A stretch of 41,461 nt of DNA from Clostridia bacterium. GTDB lineage: Bacteria > Bacillota > Clostridia > Oscillospirales > SIG627. This document shows, piece after piece, positions 33,004 through 41,461 of the stretch (positions within the stretch are counted from its first letter, which is position 1; each line of letters starts with the position of its first letter). Made by a program: the position numbers and the translations under genes. Location: contig JAFYTG010000178.1 in the NCBI GenBank assembly GCA_017558945.1, positions 1 to 41,461 of the forward strand. Direction: 5' to 3'. The notes under the pieces are model-generated. The model saw only the letters and a program-made list of their open reading frames with translations. It searched no databases and was not told where the DNA came from.

Positions 33004-34716
33004 TTGATTTTTAAAAAGCTTTGTGGTATACTCTCACTGTATTATGGAAAATTTGCGGAAAGGAGGCTTAGCCCGACGGATCACCGTATAATTATTGAAA
33101 AACTGAATACCTTTATCTGCGACGCTAAGGCTTCCGTTTCATCGAAAAAGGAGGGCATTTCGGATTACAGATTCTGCCGCGATGCAGGTCTTTCCCCGAT
33201 TGACTCTCTGTTCTATTCCATCTATAATAAGGCGTGTAACTCAAACGAAAGAGCGCGCATCATTTTAGAAAAGCTTTCAAAGCCTCTCAGCCGTCTTTCA
33301 AGCACCGCAAGAGGTCACGAAAGACATGAAAAGATAGGTCTTTTCTCTGATTCCTCGCTTATGATAGTATCGCGTGCCCTCAGCTTTGTTAAAAAGCGTG
33401 CGGTATATGTCGTTGCAATCGGACTTGCCTTGACTCTCGGCTTTATGGTAGCGTCAAACAATGCCACTCAGCCAAGCCTTGAGGTTTTCGTAAACGGCGT
33501 ATCTATCGGTGCAGTCGAAAGCGGAGAAACGGTTGGCAGAGTTTTAGGTCAGGTTGAGCAGAGAATTACCGACGTCACAGGTGTTTGCTACGATCTCCCG
33601 TGCACGATTTCATACAAGCTTACATCAGGCAAGACCTCTCTTGATGACGGAGAGCTGTTCGCGGCACTCAACTCCTACTCTCAGGATGAAACCTGTCAAG
33701 CATACGGTCTTTACATTGACGAAAACGAAATTGCCGTAGTTTCCAATCGACAGGATATAACCTTCGTAATTTCCACTCTTGAGGCTCAGCATCTTGCCTT
33801 GACGGGCGAAAACGCTCACATTGCCAACAAGATTGAAATTCGATTTGAAGAATACGCAAGCAGCAAGGTAATAAACCGCGCTCAGCTTATGGAAAAGCTT
33901 ACCGCTATACAGACTGAAGTCACCGAGGAAAAGCCCGTGCTTCTTGCACCTGCGGCTCCCTCCGAGGAGCTTATCCTCACAGAGACCGACGGCGATATTT
34001 CGACTAACATTGCGCAATCACTTGGTATGGAAAAGATAAACTCCGTCGTCATCACCTATGAGGCAATCGATTACGAAACGAACAGAGAATGGGTAGATTA
34101 TCCCACACGTTACCTTGAAGACAGCTCACTGTACAAGGGGCAGACGAGAGTTTCTACCTACGGACGTCGAGGACTTGCAGACATAACCTACGCCGTATCA
34201 ATGATCGAAGGCGAGGAAAGCTCAAGAGTCGAGCATTCAAGAAGCTACATATACGAGCCTGTTACCGAGGTCGTAAGAGTCGGTACACGCGCCCTTCCCG
34301 AAACGCTTTCAGAGGAGATAAACGAGGGCAAATATATGATTTACCCCGTTGTAAACTTCCGTCCCTCCGATAAATACGGCTACCGTACCATTGGCGGTAC
34401 AGGCAGCTTCCATTACGGATTCGATATGGCGGCAAACTACGGCACGTCAATTTACGCCGCGGCATCGGGTAAGGTAATCTTTTCGGACTATAACGGCTCC
34501 TTCGGTTACTGTGTTAAGATTGAGCATTCCGACGGCACCGTTACCCTATACGCTCACTGCAGTAAGCTTCTGGTCAAGGTTGGCGACGAGGTAACTCAGG
34601 GAGAGGTTATTGCTCAGGTTGGTAATACGGGATATTCGCTTGGTAATCACTGTCACTTTGAGGTAATTGTTGACGGAAATCGAGTTGACCCCGAGGATTA
34701 TATTTATACCGAATAA
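33004..34716 (+). CDS. membrane-anchored peptidoglycan hydrolase with G5 and M23 (LytM) metallopeptidase domains
   Basis: M23 motifs HYGFDMAA and GNTGYSLGNHCHFEV. G5-like region YGRRGLADITYAVSMIEGEE...VTEVVRVGTR. TM anchor AVYVVAIGLALTLGFMVA. The start is uncertain: TTG 33004 (no SD) or ATG 33364 (MIVSRALSFVKKR..., also no SD). Confidence 0.85.
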   Translation: MIFKKLCGILSLYYGKFAERRLSPTDHRIIIEKLNTFICDAKASVSSKKEGISDYRFCRDAGLSPIDSLFYSIYNKACNSNERARIILEKLSKPLSRLSSTARGHERHEKIGLFSDSSLMIVSRALSFVKKRAVYVVAIGLALTLGFMVASNNATQPSLEVFVNGVSIGAVESGETVGRVLGQVEQRITDVTGVCYDLPCTISYKLTSGKTSLDDGELFAALNSYSQDETCQAYGLYIDENEIAVVSNRQDITFVISTLEAQHLALTGENAHIANKIEIRFEEYASSKVINRAQLMEKLTAIQTEVTEEKPVLLAPAAPSEELILTETDGDISTNIAQSLGMEKINSVVITYEAIDYETNREWVDYPTRYLEDSSLYKGQTRVSTYGRRGLADITYAVSMIEGEESSRVEHSRSYIYEPVTEVVRVGTRALPETLSEEINEGKYMIYPVVNFRPSDKYGYRTIGGTGSFHYGFDMAANYGTSIYAAASGKVIFSDYNGSFGYCVKIEHSDGTVTLYAHCSKLLVKVGDEVTQGEVIAQVGNTGYSLGNHCHFEVIVDGNRVDPEDYIYTE

Positions 34717-34721
34717 ATTCC

Positions 34722-34752
34722 AAAGCCTATGCTTTTTAGCATAGGCTTTTCT
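34722..34752 (+). terminator. rho-independent terminator of the M23 peptidase gene
   Basis: AAAGCCTATGC-ttttta-GCATAGGCTTT followed by a T-rich tract. Confidence 0.75.
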
Positions 34753-34830
34753 CTTTGTTCTCGTCACAGTCCTTTTTATTGTAATCAAGTGTGCTATATT
34801 TATAACAGTAAACACAAAGAGGAGAAATAT

Positions 34831-35412
34831 ATGGAAAATTTATGGAGATATGCAGTTGTAGGCAACATAAAGAAATCACGCATCGACGAAAACGGGATTT
34901 TAAGATACGGAACATCCGCCTTCAAGGGAGGTACAAGGGTATATATTTACGGACGGAAATGGGACGAACGCCTGACGGAGAATAACAAGACCGACATTTT
35001 CGTCGTCGGATTGAGCAGGGGCAGAAGCTACTATGCATGCAGCGTGCCCATAGATTTGATTGATAACGTAAGAGTCGCCCGAGTATATTCCACAAAGCTT
35101 CTTGAAATAATGTCCAATCACGAATTTTCAGACGGCTGGTGGGGAAGCTCTCAAGAGGAAAGGCGCGATGCATACGCTTTCGTAAAAAATGGAATGACAA
35201 GTATAAATCAAAGTACTGAAGGAGGTATGATAATGCAGGAGGAAAAGAAATTCCCGACACCGTCAACACCGAAAGCCGAGGAGGAGAAGTTGTCTCCCGA
35301 AGAGAAAGAACGAATCCGAAACGCATTTCGGAAAAAATTAAGGAAATATTACACAACAGGCACAATGTCATTCGAGCACAAGCTGGGAATGGACAAGAAA
35401 GAGGACGAATAA
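34831..35412 (+). CDS. hypothetical protein (193 aa) with a Lys/Glu-rich C-terminal tail
   Basis: GAGGAG lies 7 nt before ATG 34831 (MENLWRYAVVGNIKK...); the ORF-track start at 34729 lies inside the upstream terminator. No domain recognised. Confidence 0.75.
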   Translation: MENLWRYAVVGNIKKSRIDENGILRYGTSAFKGGTRVYIYGRKWDERLTENNKTDIFVVGLSRGRSYYACSVPIDLIDNVRVARVYSTKLLEIMSNHEFSDGWWGSSQEERRDAYAFVKNGMTSINQSTEGGMIMQEEKKFPTPSTPKAEEEKLSPEEKERIRNAFRKKLRKYYTTGTMSFEHKLGMDKKEDE

Positions 35413-35510
35413 AGCAAAGGACAAAACGCATAAGATATTGACATTGCGATGTTTTTGATGTATACTTTCGGAAAAGATTTATTCCCACAACTTACAAGGA
35501 GAATTATAAA

Positions 35511-36260
35511 ATGAGAATAAAGCATAACGGAAGGCTTACGGTTGCAGCACACAGAGGAGATTGCTACAACTGTTACGAAAACACAATGCGGGCATTCGAG
35601 GCGGCAATAAGAGCAGGCGCTGCAATGATCGAAACCGACCTGCACCTTACAAGCGACGGAGTGATAGTTTTGATTCACGACCACACCCTCGACAGAACAA
35701 CCGACTCAACCGGTCCGGTATGCGACAAGACGCTCGCAGAGATTAAAAAAATAAACGCAGGCGACAAATATCACTTCGACGCCATTCCCGAGCTTGAGGA
35801 GCTTTTAAGACTTGCCTCCGAAAATAACGTAATGCTCAACCTTGAGTTCAAGGAATATTACAGTGAAGAAAATGAGGCACGATGCATAAAGTGTATTGAG
35901 GATGCTCTTGCGCTTGTGGAAAAGTACAATATGACCGATAAGGTGATAGTAAACAGCTTTGATGCGTGGATACTTGAATACGTTTACAAGCACTACGGCA
36001 AGAAATATATGCTTCACGGCTTTTACCCCTATTCCATTATGCAAAACGTTACTCTCAATCCCGAGGAATACTTGTATTGCGCCTGCATTTTCGAGAACGG
36101 CAACAAATCGTATTATGACTACCTGAATTCAAAGGGCATTGAGCCCTGGATAGGTGCAGGAGTTACACAGCGTGACAAACTTCTCATCTGCATTGAATAC
36201 GGGGCAAGGCTTATCACGACAAACAATCCGTCGGATGTAATATCAAAGCTGAACGGTTAA
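35511..36260 (+). CDS. glycerophosphodiester phosphodiesterase family protein
   Basis: AAHRGDCYNCYENTMRAF, ETDLHLTSDGVIVLIHDHTLDRTTD and LNLEFK are typical GDPD motifs. Confidence 0.9.
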   Translation: MRIKHNGRLTVAAHRGDCYNCYENTMRAFEAAIRAGAAMIETDLHLTSDGVIVLIHDHTLDRTTDSTGPVCDKTLAEIKKINAGDKYHFDAIPELEELLRLASENNVMLNLEFKEYYSEENEARCIKCIEDALALVEKYNMTDKVIVNSFDAWILEYVYKHYGKKYMLHGFYPYSIMQNVTLNPEEYLYCACIFENGNKSYYDYLNSKGIEPWIGAGVTQRDKLLICIEYGARLITTNNPSDVISKLNG

Positions 36261-36316
36261 AGAAAAATTGAGTCAAACACTTAAGCCGAAGGGAACCGAA
36301 CGCTTAAACATATGTT

Positions 36317-36349
36317 AAAAAGCAAGAAAGAAAATCTTTCTTGCTTTTT
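36317..36349. terminator. bidirectional rho-independent terminator
   Basis: AAAA-AGCAAGAAAG-aaaat-CTTTCTTGCT-TTTT between convergent genes. Confidence 0.75.
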
Positions 36350-36356
36350 AATACGC

Positions 36357-37220
36357 TTATACGCGAAACTCAACGGGCGAGAAGCCCGTTTTTCTTTTGA
36401 ACGCCTTTGAAAAGTGCGAAATGTCGCAAAAGCCTGTCATTACGGCTATTTCACTGACTGCAAGGTCGGTGGTCTGCAACAGATTGACAGCCTCGTTTAT
36501 GCGATAATCCTGCAAATAATTATACACCGTTTTACCCGTATGCTGACGGAACAGCGTATTAAGATAATTCGGATGATAGCCAAAGCGCGCGCCGAGGTCG
36601 GCAAGGGTTATTCGCGTGGCGTAATTCTCACGGATAAAATCAATAAGAGAAGCAGAAACCTCCTCCGACCTACACCCGCCGCTACCGTGACCCGCTCTCA
36701 AAAGCACACGGGTCAAAAGAATCAAAAGAAGTGAGGAGCACCTTATCTCAAACCAAGCCTCCTGCCTTTCATACTCGTCGTTTATATCCCTGAGCAACGG
36801 ATAGACCGAGTTCATTTTTTCAAGCAGCAAGGGGCTGTTAAGCTCGACGGCATCGGTGACGGAAACGGGCGAAAGTATATCGGATACGTTAAAGCATTCC
36901 TTTTTTACGGGAGGAATGGGAGTCGAAAGCGCACTTGCACTATCGGTATAATCAAAATTGAGCGCAAGAAAGCTCATCGGGTCACTTAGGTCAGGATGAT
37001 AGGAATAGGCAATTCCATGAGGAATAAGCAAAAGGCTTCCGCTTTCTACCGAATGAAGCTCGCCCTCTATCTCAAACTCTCCTCTTCCGCCTACGCAGTA
37101 AAACAAACGGCAATCAACCGCGCACTGCTCGCCCTTAAGCTTTCGGTAGTCACGGGTAGTTACATATCTTGAATATCTTACAAACGGACGAAGCTCACTA
37201 AGCTTTATATCAACGCTCAT
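36357..37220 (-). CDS. AraC-family transcriptional regulator
   Basis: Cupin-like N-terminus and a C-terminal double HTH (ITLADLGARFGYHPNYLNTLFRQHTGKTVYNYLQDYRINEAVNLLQTTDLAVSEIAVMTGFCDISHFSKAFKRKTGFSPVEF). Divergent from 37336. Confidence 0.9.
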   Translation of the reverse strand: MSVDIKLSELRPFVRYSRYVTTRDYRKLKGEQCAVDCRLFYCVGGRGEFEIEGELHSVESGSLLLIPHGIAYSYHPDLSDPMSFLALNFDYTDSASALSTPIPPVKKECFNVSDILSPVSVTDAVELNSPLLLEKMNSVYPLLRDINDEYERQEAWFEIRCSSLLLILLTRVLLRAGHGSGGCRSEEVSASLIDFIRENYATRITLADLGARFGYHPNYLNTLFRQHTGKTVYNYLQDYRINEAVNLLQTTDLAVSEIAVMTGFCDISHFSKAFKRKTGFSPVEFRV

Positions 37221-37335
37221 CTCAACCTCAAAATCTTTATTTTTTACAAATTATACTTATTCTTATACATTGAGTTTATCACACAAGAGAGTTAAAATCA
37301 ATATATAAATCAATGTTTTTTAACGGAGGCAAGAT

Positions 37336-38781
37336 ATGATTGAAAGAAAGACAGTAAGAGGTGCAAAAATAGGCACGTTTGCCGTTGCGCACGTAACATA
37401 TTTTTCGCAGTTTGAAGGACTTGAAGAGTCTCTTCTCGGCTATCACGCCGAGTTTATCAAAAAGCTTAAGAAAAACGGCGTAGAGGTTGTTGATATCGGA
37501 ATGGTGGACACCTCAGAAAAGGGCTTCGAGGCTTGCGAAAGGCTCAACGCAGAGGGCGTTGACCTCATTATGTGCAATATGATAACCTATGCGACAAGCT
37601 CGGTTTTTGCTCCCGTAATCCGTGATTGCAAGGCGCCTATGATACTCGTTGCACTTCAGCCTCTTTCGGGGCTTGATTACAGCAAGGCTAACACCCGTAT
37701 GCAGCTTGAAAACGACAACATTTGCTCCGTGCCCGAATTTATCGGCGTTGCCAACAGACTCGGCAAAAAAATATACGACGTTATAATCGGTACGCTTTAC
37801 AATGATACAGACTCCGAAAAGGAGCTTTCGGATTGGTGCGATATTGCAAAGGTTTTACACGCGCTTAAGGGCGCACGAATAGGACTTATGGGTCACGTTA
37901 TGGAGGCGATGTACGATATGCACGCCGACCCGACCGCAGTATTTTCCGCCTTCGGCGTACACGTCCCGCTTCTCGAGGTTGACGATTTAATAAAGCTTTA
38001 CCGAGAGCTTGACGAGGATGCCGTCAAGGAAAAGCTTGAGCTCATCGACCGCGAATTTGATATGCCCGAGCCGGTCTCCGACCCCGTTACCTCAAAGCTT
38101 ACCGACGAGGACAAGCTTCAGGCGGCGAAAAGTGCCGTGGCGCTCGACCGCTTCGTAGAAAAATACAACCTTTCGGGTCTTGCCTACTACTACGAAGGCG
38201 AGGAAAACAGTCTTCACAGACTCGTATCAAGCACTCTTATCGTCGGAAACTCGATACTCAACGCTCAGGGCATTCCCATGTGCGGAGAATATGACGTCAA
38301 GACCTGCATTGCAATGCTTATAATGGACAGTCTCGGAATTGGCGGAAGCTTTGCCGAATTTCATCCGTTTGACTTCAGCGAGGATTTCATTCTCGTGGGT
38401 CATGACGGACCACATCACCTTGCGGTAGCAGAGGGCAAGCCTATACTCCGCTCGCTCAAAAAGTATCACGGCAAGCCCGGTCACGGCGCATCGGTTGAGT
38501 TCAAGCTCCGTGAGGGCGACATAACTCTTATGGGAATTACACAGACCGCAGACGGACGCTTCAAGATTGTGGTCGGCGAAGGAATTTCCAAAAAGGGACC
38601 CATTCCTCCGACGGGCAACACGAATACGAGAGCCTTCTTTGAGCCTACCACAAAGGAATTCGTTAAGAAATGGGTAATGGAGGGTCCCACCCATCATTAC
38701 GCACTCGGCGTAGGTCACAAGGCGGAGGTCATTGCAAAAATTGCCGACGTGCTCGGTATAGAATGTGTAATAGTGAGGTAA
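37336..38781 (+). CDS. L-arabinose/L-fucose isomerase superfamily protein (substrate unknown)
   Basis: 481 aa, collinear by eye with AraA-type isomerases: N-terminal Rossmann-like part, MCGEYDVKTC (compare FAGEGDWKTA in E. coli AraA), GGSFAEFH (compare TSFMEDY) and LVGHDGPHH. Confidence 0.8.
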   Translation: MIERKTVRGAKIGTFAVAHVTYFSQFEGLEESLLGYHAEFIKKLKKNGVEVVDIGMVDTSEKGFEACERLNAEGVDLIMCNMITYATSSVFAPVIRDCKAPMILVALQPLSGLDYSKANTRMQLENDNICSVPEFIGVANRLGKKIYDVIIGTLYNDTDSEKELSDWCDIAKVLHALKGARIGLMGHVMEAMYDMHADPTAVFSAFGVHVPLLEVDDLIKLYRELDEDAVKEKLELIDREFDMPEPVSDPVTSKLTDEDKLQAAKSAVALDRFVEKYNLSGLAYYYEGEENSLHRLVSSTLIVGNSILNAQGIPMCGEYDVKTCIAMLIMDSLGIGGSFAEFHPFDFSEDFILVGHDGPHHLAVAEGKPILRSLKKYHGKPGHGASVEFKLREGDITLMGITQTADGRFKIVVGEGISKKGPIPPTGNTNTRAFFEPTTKEFVKKWVMEGPTHHYALGVGHKAEVIAKIADVLGIECVIVR

Positions 38782-38785
38782 ATAT

Positions 38786-41119
38786 ATGCTTAAAAACATA
38801 ACGCTCGAAATGAGCTTAAAGCCCTTTAAAAAGACAAGCCCCGAATACATAAAAGAGGTTTGCAGAACGGTTTTTAACGATTGGAAAAGACTTATCGACA
38901 AGTTCGAGGGTGTCAGCATTATGCTGTGGACAGCCGACGGAAGCGAGCTTCTCGACTACACGGGAGAGCTTGACGAAAGCTTTGAATGGGGAAAGTGGGG
39001 AGGAACTGCCAACCCTATCACAGCTCCGAATCCCGAAGCCAGAGGTCTTTACCGAGGTCGCCGTTTGTATATGGAAAATCCTCCGATAATGACCTATCGT
39101 ATTTTAAAAAATATCGTTTCGGAGCTTAAGCGAATCGGAAAGGAAGCATTTCCTCAAAAGACTATTCGCGTGGGAACGACGTTCGATCCCGGTCCCGAAT
39201 TTGCCGTATCCGATTTTAAATACAAAAGGCACAATGAGGTCTGCCGTGGAACTGCAGACGTTTTCCATATGATATGTGCTCACGACGTTCTCAACGGGGA
39301 CGACCACAAGTACGCAGCATATCCCGACGGAATCCCCGACCAAACGCCCTTCGGCACGTTTTTAGGCAAGCAATCCGAGATTTTTATGACGGATATGGGC
39401 TTTGATTTCATCTGGCTTTCAAACGGTATAGGCTTCGGAAGCGATACCTGGAGCCCCGTAGGTGAAATTTTTGACGGAACGGATTTTCACATTGAAAATT
39501 TTGAGAAGGTAAAAAAGAGGGTATACGAATTCTGGGAGCTTTTCACAAAGGAGTGTCATTATCCCGTTGAGACGCGCGGAACGAATATGACGATGGGCAT
39601 CGACCTTTCGACCGACGGCGTACCGCTCCGTGATATTTACGATAAATTCGATATACTTCCTCCCCCAAACTCTCCTTGGGCAGCTATAAACTTTGACCTC
39701 GGAATTGAGCTTTCGGGATATATGTCGAGAATTGCTCACGTGCCGAGTGACAAATATATGTTCCGCTATTATCTGCACGACCCGTGGTGGCAAAACTCCC
39801 CCTGGTATGACAGATATAACTCCTTGCCTCACGATATATATCTCCCCCTTGCCTGCTCAAGAATTGACGGCGATGGCAATGTCAAAAATCCAACTCATAT
39901 GAGTATTCTGTCAATTGACAACACACGTGGAAATATGCCGGAGGCTTGCGTGGTTGAACCGTTACCTCATTTTCTGCGAGCTCTGAAGGAATGTCCCGAC
40001 AGACCTGCGCCAATCGTGTGGGCATATCCCTTTGACGAATATTCGGACGCCAACAGCGAGGCGGACGTGAGAAGGATATACGCCGAGGAATTCTTTATGC
40101 GAGGCGCAATAAACTGCGCTTTACCCGTGGCAAGCGTTATTTCAACCGCCAATTTCACAACCTGCAACAAGGACATTTTCAAGAGTAGCGTTATCGTCAC
40201 GCCCGTGCCGAGAAAAAATTACCCCTTTGAGAAGAATATAATCGACTACGCCAAAAACGGCGGAAGGGTTATTTTCTACGGCACCACAGAATTTGCAAGC
40301 ACCGAATTTTTAAGTCTTTTTGGCATAAAGCATACCGACGGTGTTTTCGGTGACCTTGATTACGTGGTTGAAGGAAAGGTGCAAAAGCCTTTGTTCCACG
40401 ACCCGAGAGTTGCCGCCGGAGAAATTATTGAGACGGCAGATGATGGAGTCTTTGCAACCGCAAACGGAAGAGCCGTTGCAATTCAGAAGGGTAACGCCTT
40501 CTGGGTAAGAGGATGCCTTAGCACAAAAAGACTTCCAAGCTCTCCCTTAAAGCCCAAAACTCTCGACCTTGCCTTTGGTGAGGATATTATGCTGACCGCT
40601 CTTGCAAGAATCGGCTACGCCATCGAAATAGACAAGGAGCTTCAACGTCCCGTCTTCACCCTTCACCGTCACAACAACGCATATATTTTTACCGAGTACA
40701 GCCATTGTGCCGTAGGAAAAACGAGAATGAGATTTCCATTCGGAATTCCCGTATTCAACGCCTGCGACGTAAAAATTGCCGACGGTATGGGCGAATACCA
40801 CTTCCCAAGATTTATGCGCGCCGAATGCCGAGTGTTTGTCGAGCAGGAGGCAGGAATTGTAACGGTTGCAGAAGAGCCTCCCGTAAGCTTCGAGCATCGC
40901 CGTATGATTCGCGTCAAGGGTCTGAGAAACGCAACGGTAAGAATTCTTGCCGAGGATTATTGCCGTGATAATTTCAAGGTGACGTTCTCCGAATGGTACG
41001 ATATCCTCTGCGGTACACCCGCTGAGGGCGAGTTTATCACCATAGGCAATGATACCTTCTTCGAGGCTCGCAACGTCACGGGTCACCTTCTTATCTCAAT
41101 GCCCGAGAAAGAACAATAA
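38786..41119 (+). CDS. hypothetical cytoplasmic 777-aa protein, operonic with the isomerase; possibly a carbohydrate-active enzyme (function not recognised)
   Basis: It starts 4 nt after the isomerase stop. No signal peptide or TM segment. A terminator follows. There are TIM-barrel-like strand motifs (DMGFDFIWLSNGIGFG) but no family I can name. Confidence 0.8.
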   Translation: MLKNITLEMSLKPFKKTSPEYIKEVCRTVFNDWKRLIDKFEGVSIMLWTADGSELLDYTGELDESFEWGKWGGTANPITAPNPEARGLYRGRRLYMENPPIMTYRILKNIVSELKRIGKEAFPQKTIRVGTTFDPGPEFAVSDFKYKRHNEVCRGTADVFHMICAHDVLNGDDHKYAAYPDGIPDQTPFGTFLGKQSEIFMTDMGFDFIWLSNGIGFGSDTWSPVGEIFDGTDFHIENFEKVKKRVYEFWELFTKECHYPVETRGTNMTMGIDLSTDGVPLRDIYDKFDILPPPNSPWAAINFDLGIELSGYMSRIAHVPSDKYMFRYYLHDPWWQNSPWYDRYNSLPHDIYLPLACSRIDGDGNVKNPTHMSILSIDNTRGNMPEACVVEPLPHFLRALKECPDRPAPIVWAYPFDEYSDANSEADVRRIYAEEFFMRGAINCALPVASVISTANFTTCNKDIFKSSVIVTPVPRKNYPFEKNIIDYAKNGGRVIFYGTTEFASTEFLSLFGIKHTDGVFGDLDYVVEGKVQKPLFHDPRVAAGEIIETADDGVFATANGRAVAIQKGNAFWVRGCLSTKRLPSSPLKPKTLDLAFGEDIMLTALARIGYAIEIDKELQRPVFTLHRHNNAYIFTEYSHCAVGKTRMRFPFGIPVFNACDVKIADGMGEYHFPRFMRAECRVFVEQEAGIVTVAEEPPVSFEHRRMIRVKGLRNATVRILAEDYCRDNFKVTFSEWYDILCGTPAEGEFITIGNDTFFEARNVTGHLLISMPEKEQ

Positions 41120-41154
41120 CGTCGCAGACGATATATTGAGCTTGTTACAAAGCA

Positions 41155-41194
41155 AAAGGAAATGGGAGACACAAAACCTGTCTCCCATTTTTTA
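41155..41194 (+). terminator. rho-independent terminator of the isomerase / 777-aa operon
   Basis: AATGGGAGACA-caaaacc-TGTCTCCCATT followed by TTTTT. Confidence 0.8.
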
Positions 41195-41199
41195 TGCAA

Positions 41200-41461
41200 T
41201 ATAACTTATATCTTTTAATCCTTCGTTACGGCTTCGCATTGTTTTTGCAAAGAGAAGCAAGCAATACGAGGCAAAAAGAAGTAGGCATACCGAAGGAATA
41301 CTTACGTATTTCGAGGCATACATATCTTGTTTTTACGCAGTATAACTTTTATATCCTTTAATACTCCATATTACGGCTTCGCACTGCTTTTGCAAAGAGA
41401 AGCAAGCAATACGAGGCAAAAAGAAGTAGGCATACCGAAGGAATACTTACGTATTTCGAGG
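41200..41461. repeat. tandem direct repeat (~145-bp period, at least 2 copies, truncated by the window end)
   Basis: A 91-nt core at 41226..41316 recurs at 41371..41461 with only 2 substitutions (GCATTGTTTTTGC vs GCACTGCTTTTGC). The ~25-30 nt before each core are also related (ATAACTTATATCTTTTAATCC vs ATAACTTTTATATCCTTTAATAC). Confidence 0.85.

Noticed and set aside
41226-41288. 20-aa ORF (MPTSFCLVLLASLCKNNAKP) on the minus strand inside each repeat core, with a second copy at 41371..41433
   Set aside because: No Shine-Dalgarno sequence lies upstream. The two differences between copies are both non-synonymous. The conserved sequence extends well upstream of the ATG. I keep it only as an alternative noted in the repeat finding.
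41226-41461. CRISPR array at the right edge
   Set aside because: The conserved unit is 91 nt and the variable part about 54 nt. That is the wrong geometry for CRISPR repeats (about 28-37 nt). Only two copies are visible, the inter-core segments are themselves related, and no cas genes are present.
1-41461. tRNA or rRNA genes, IS elements, prophage genes or classic toxin-antitoxin pairs anywhere in the window
   Set aside because: I inspected the intergenic regions for cloverleaf-like acceptor/T-arm patterns and long inverted terminal repeats. I checked the ORF translations for transposase, integrase, capsid and terminase hallmarks. None was recognised. This was a by-eye screen only; tRNAscan-SE, ISfinder and a prophage predictor would be decisive.

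Overview
This 41.5-kb window looks like chromosome from a low-GC Gram-positive, Clostridia-like organism. That is an inference from gene content: glyQS, remA, DUF1385-prmC and a T-box-controlled cysE-cysS. A minus-strand core block spans about 13.9-32.7 kb. It holds rpoZ-gmk-remA-yicC-Toprim-holA-HIT-alaS, then pgsA-rimO-recX-recA, then prmC-DUF1385, then cysE-cysS plus a radical SAM gene. More AT-rich accessory DNA flanks it on both sides. The left part holds a divergent pair of paralogous unknown genes around a phased GTGACA repeat array, an SGNH hydrolase and glyQS. It also holds an AraC-linked cluster: two paralogous ~310-aa unknown proteins flank a 912-aa lipoprotein that fuses a metallophosphoesterase to a DHHW/AlgJ-like domain, followed by an MFS transporter. 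The strongest candidate for an undescribed system is the terminator-bracketed two-gene cassette at 11594..13878. It pairs an apparently soluble VirD4/TraG-type coupling-protein ATPase with an uncharacterised partner that looks like a catalytically dead AAA+ module. No conjugation, relaxase or integrase genes occur anywhere in the window. The right part holds a G5+M23 peptidase, an unknown 193-aa protein and a GDPD phosphodiesterase. It also holds an AraC-regulated pair (an AraA/FucI-like isomerase and an unknown 777-aa protein). It ends in a ~145-bp-period tandem repeat that runs off the window. No rRNA, tRNA, CRISPR array, transposase or integrase was recognised. All calls rest on reading the sequence and ORF translations by eye; no searches were run.
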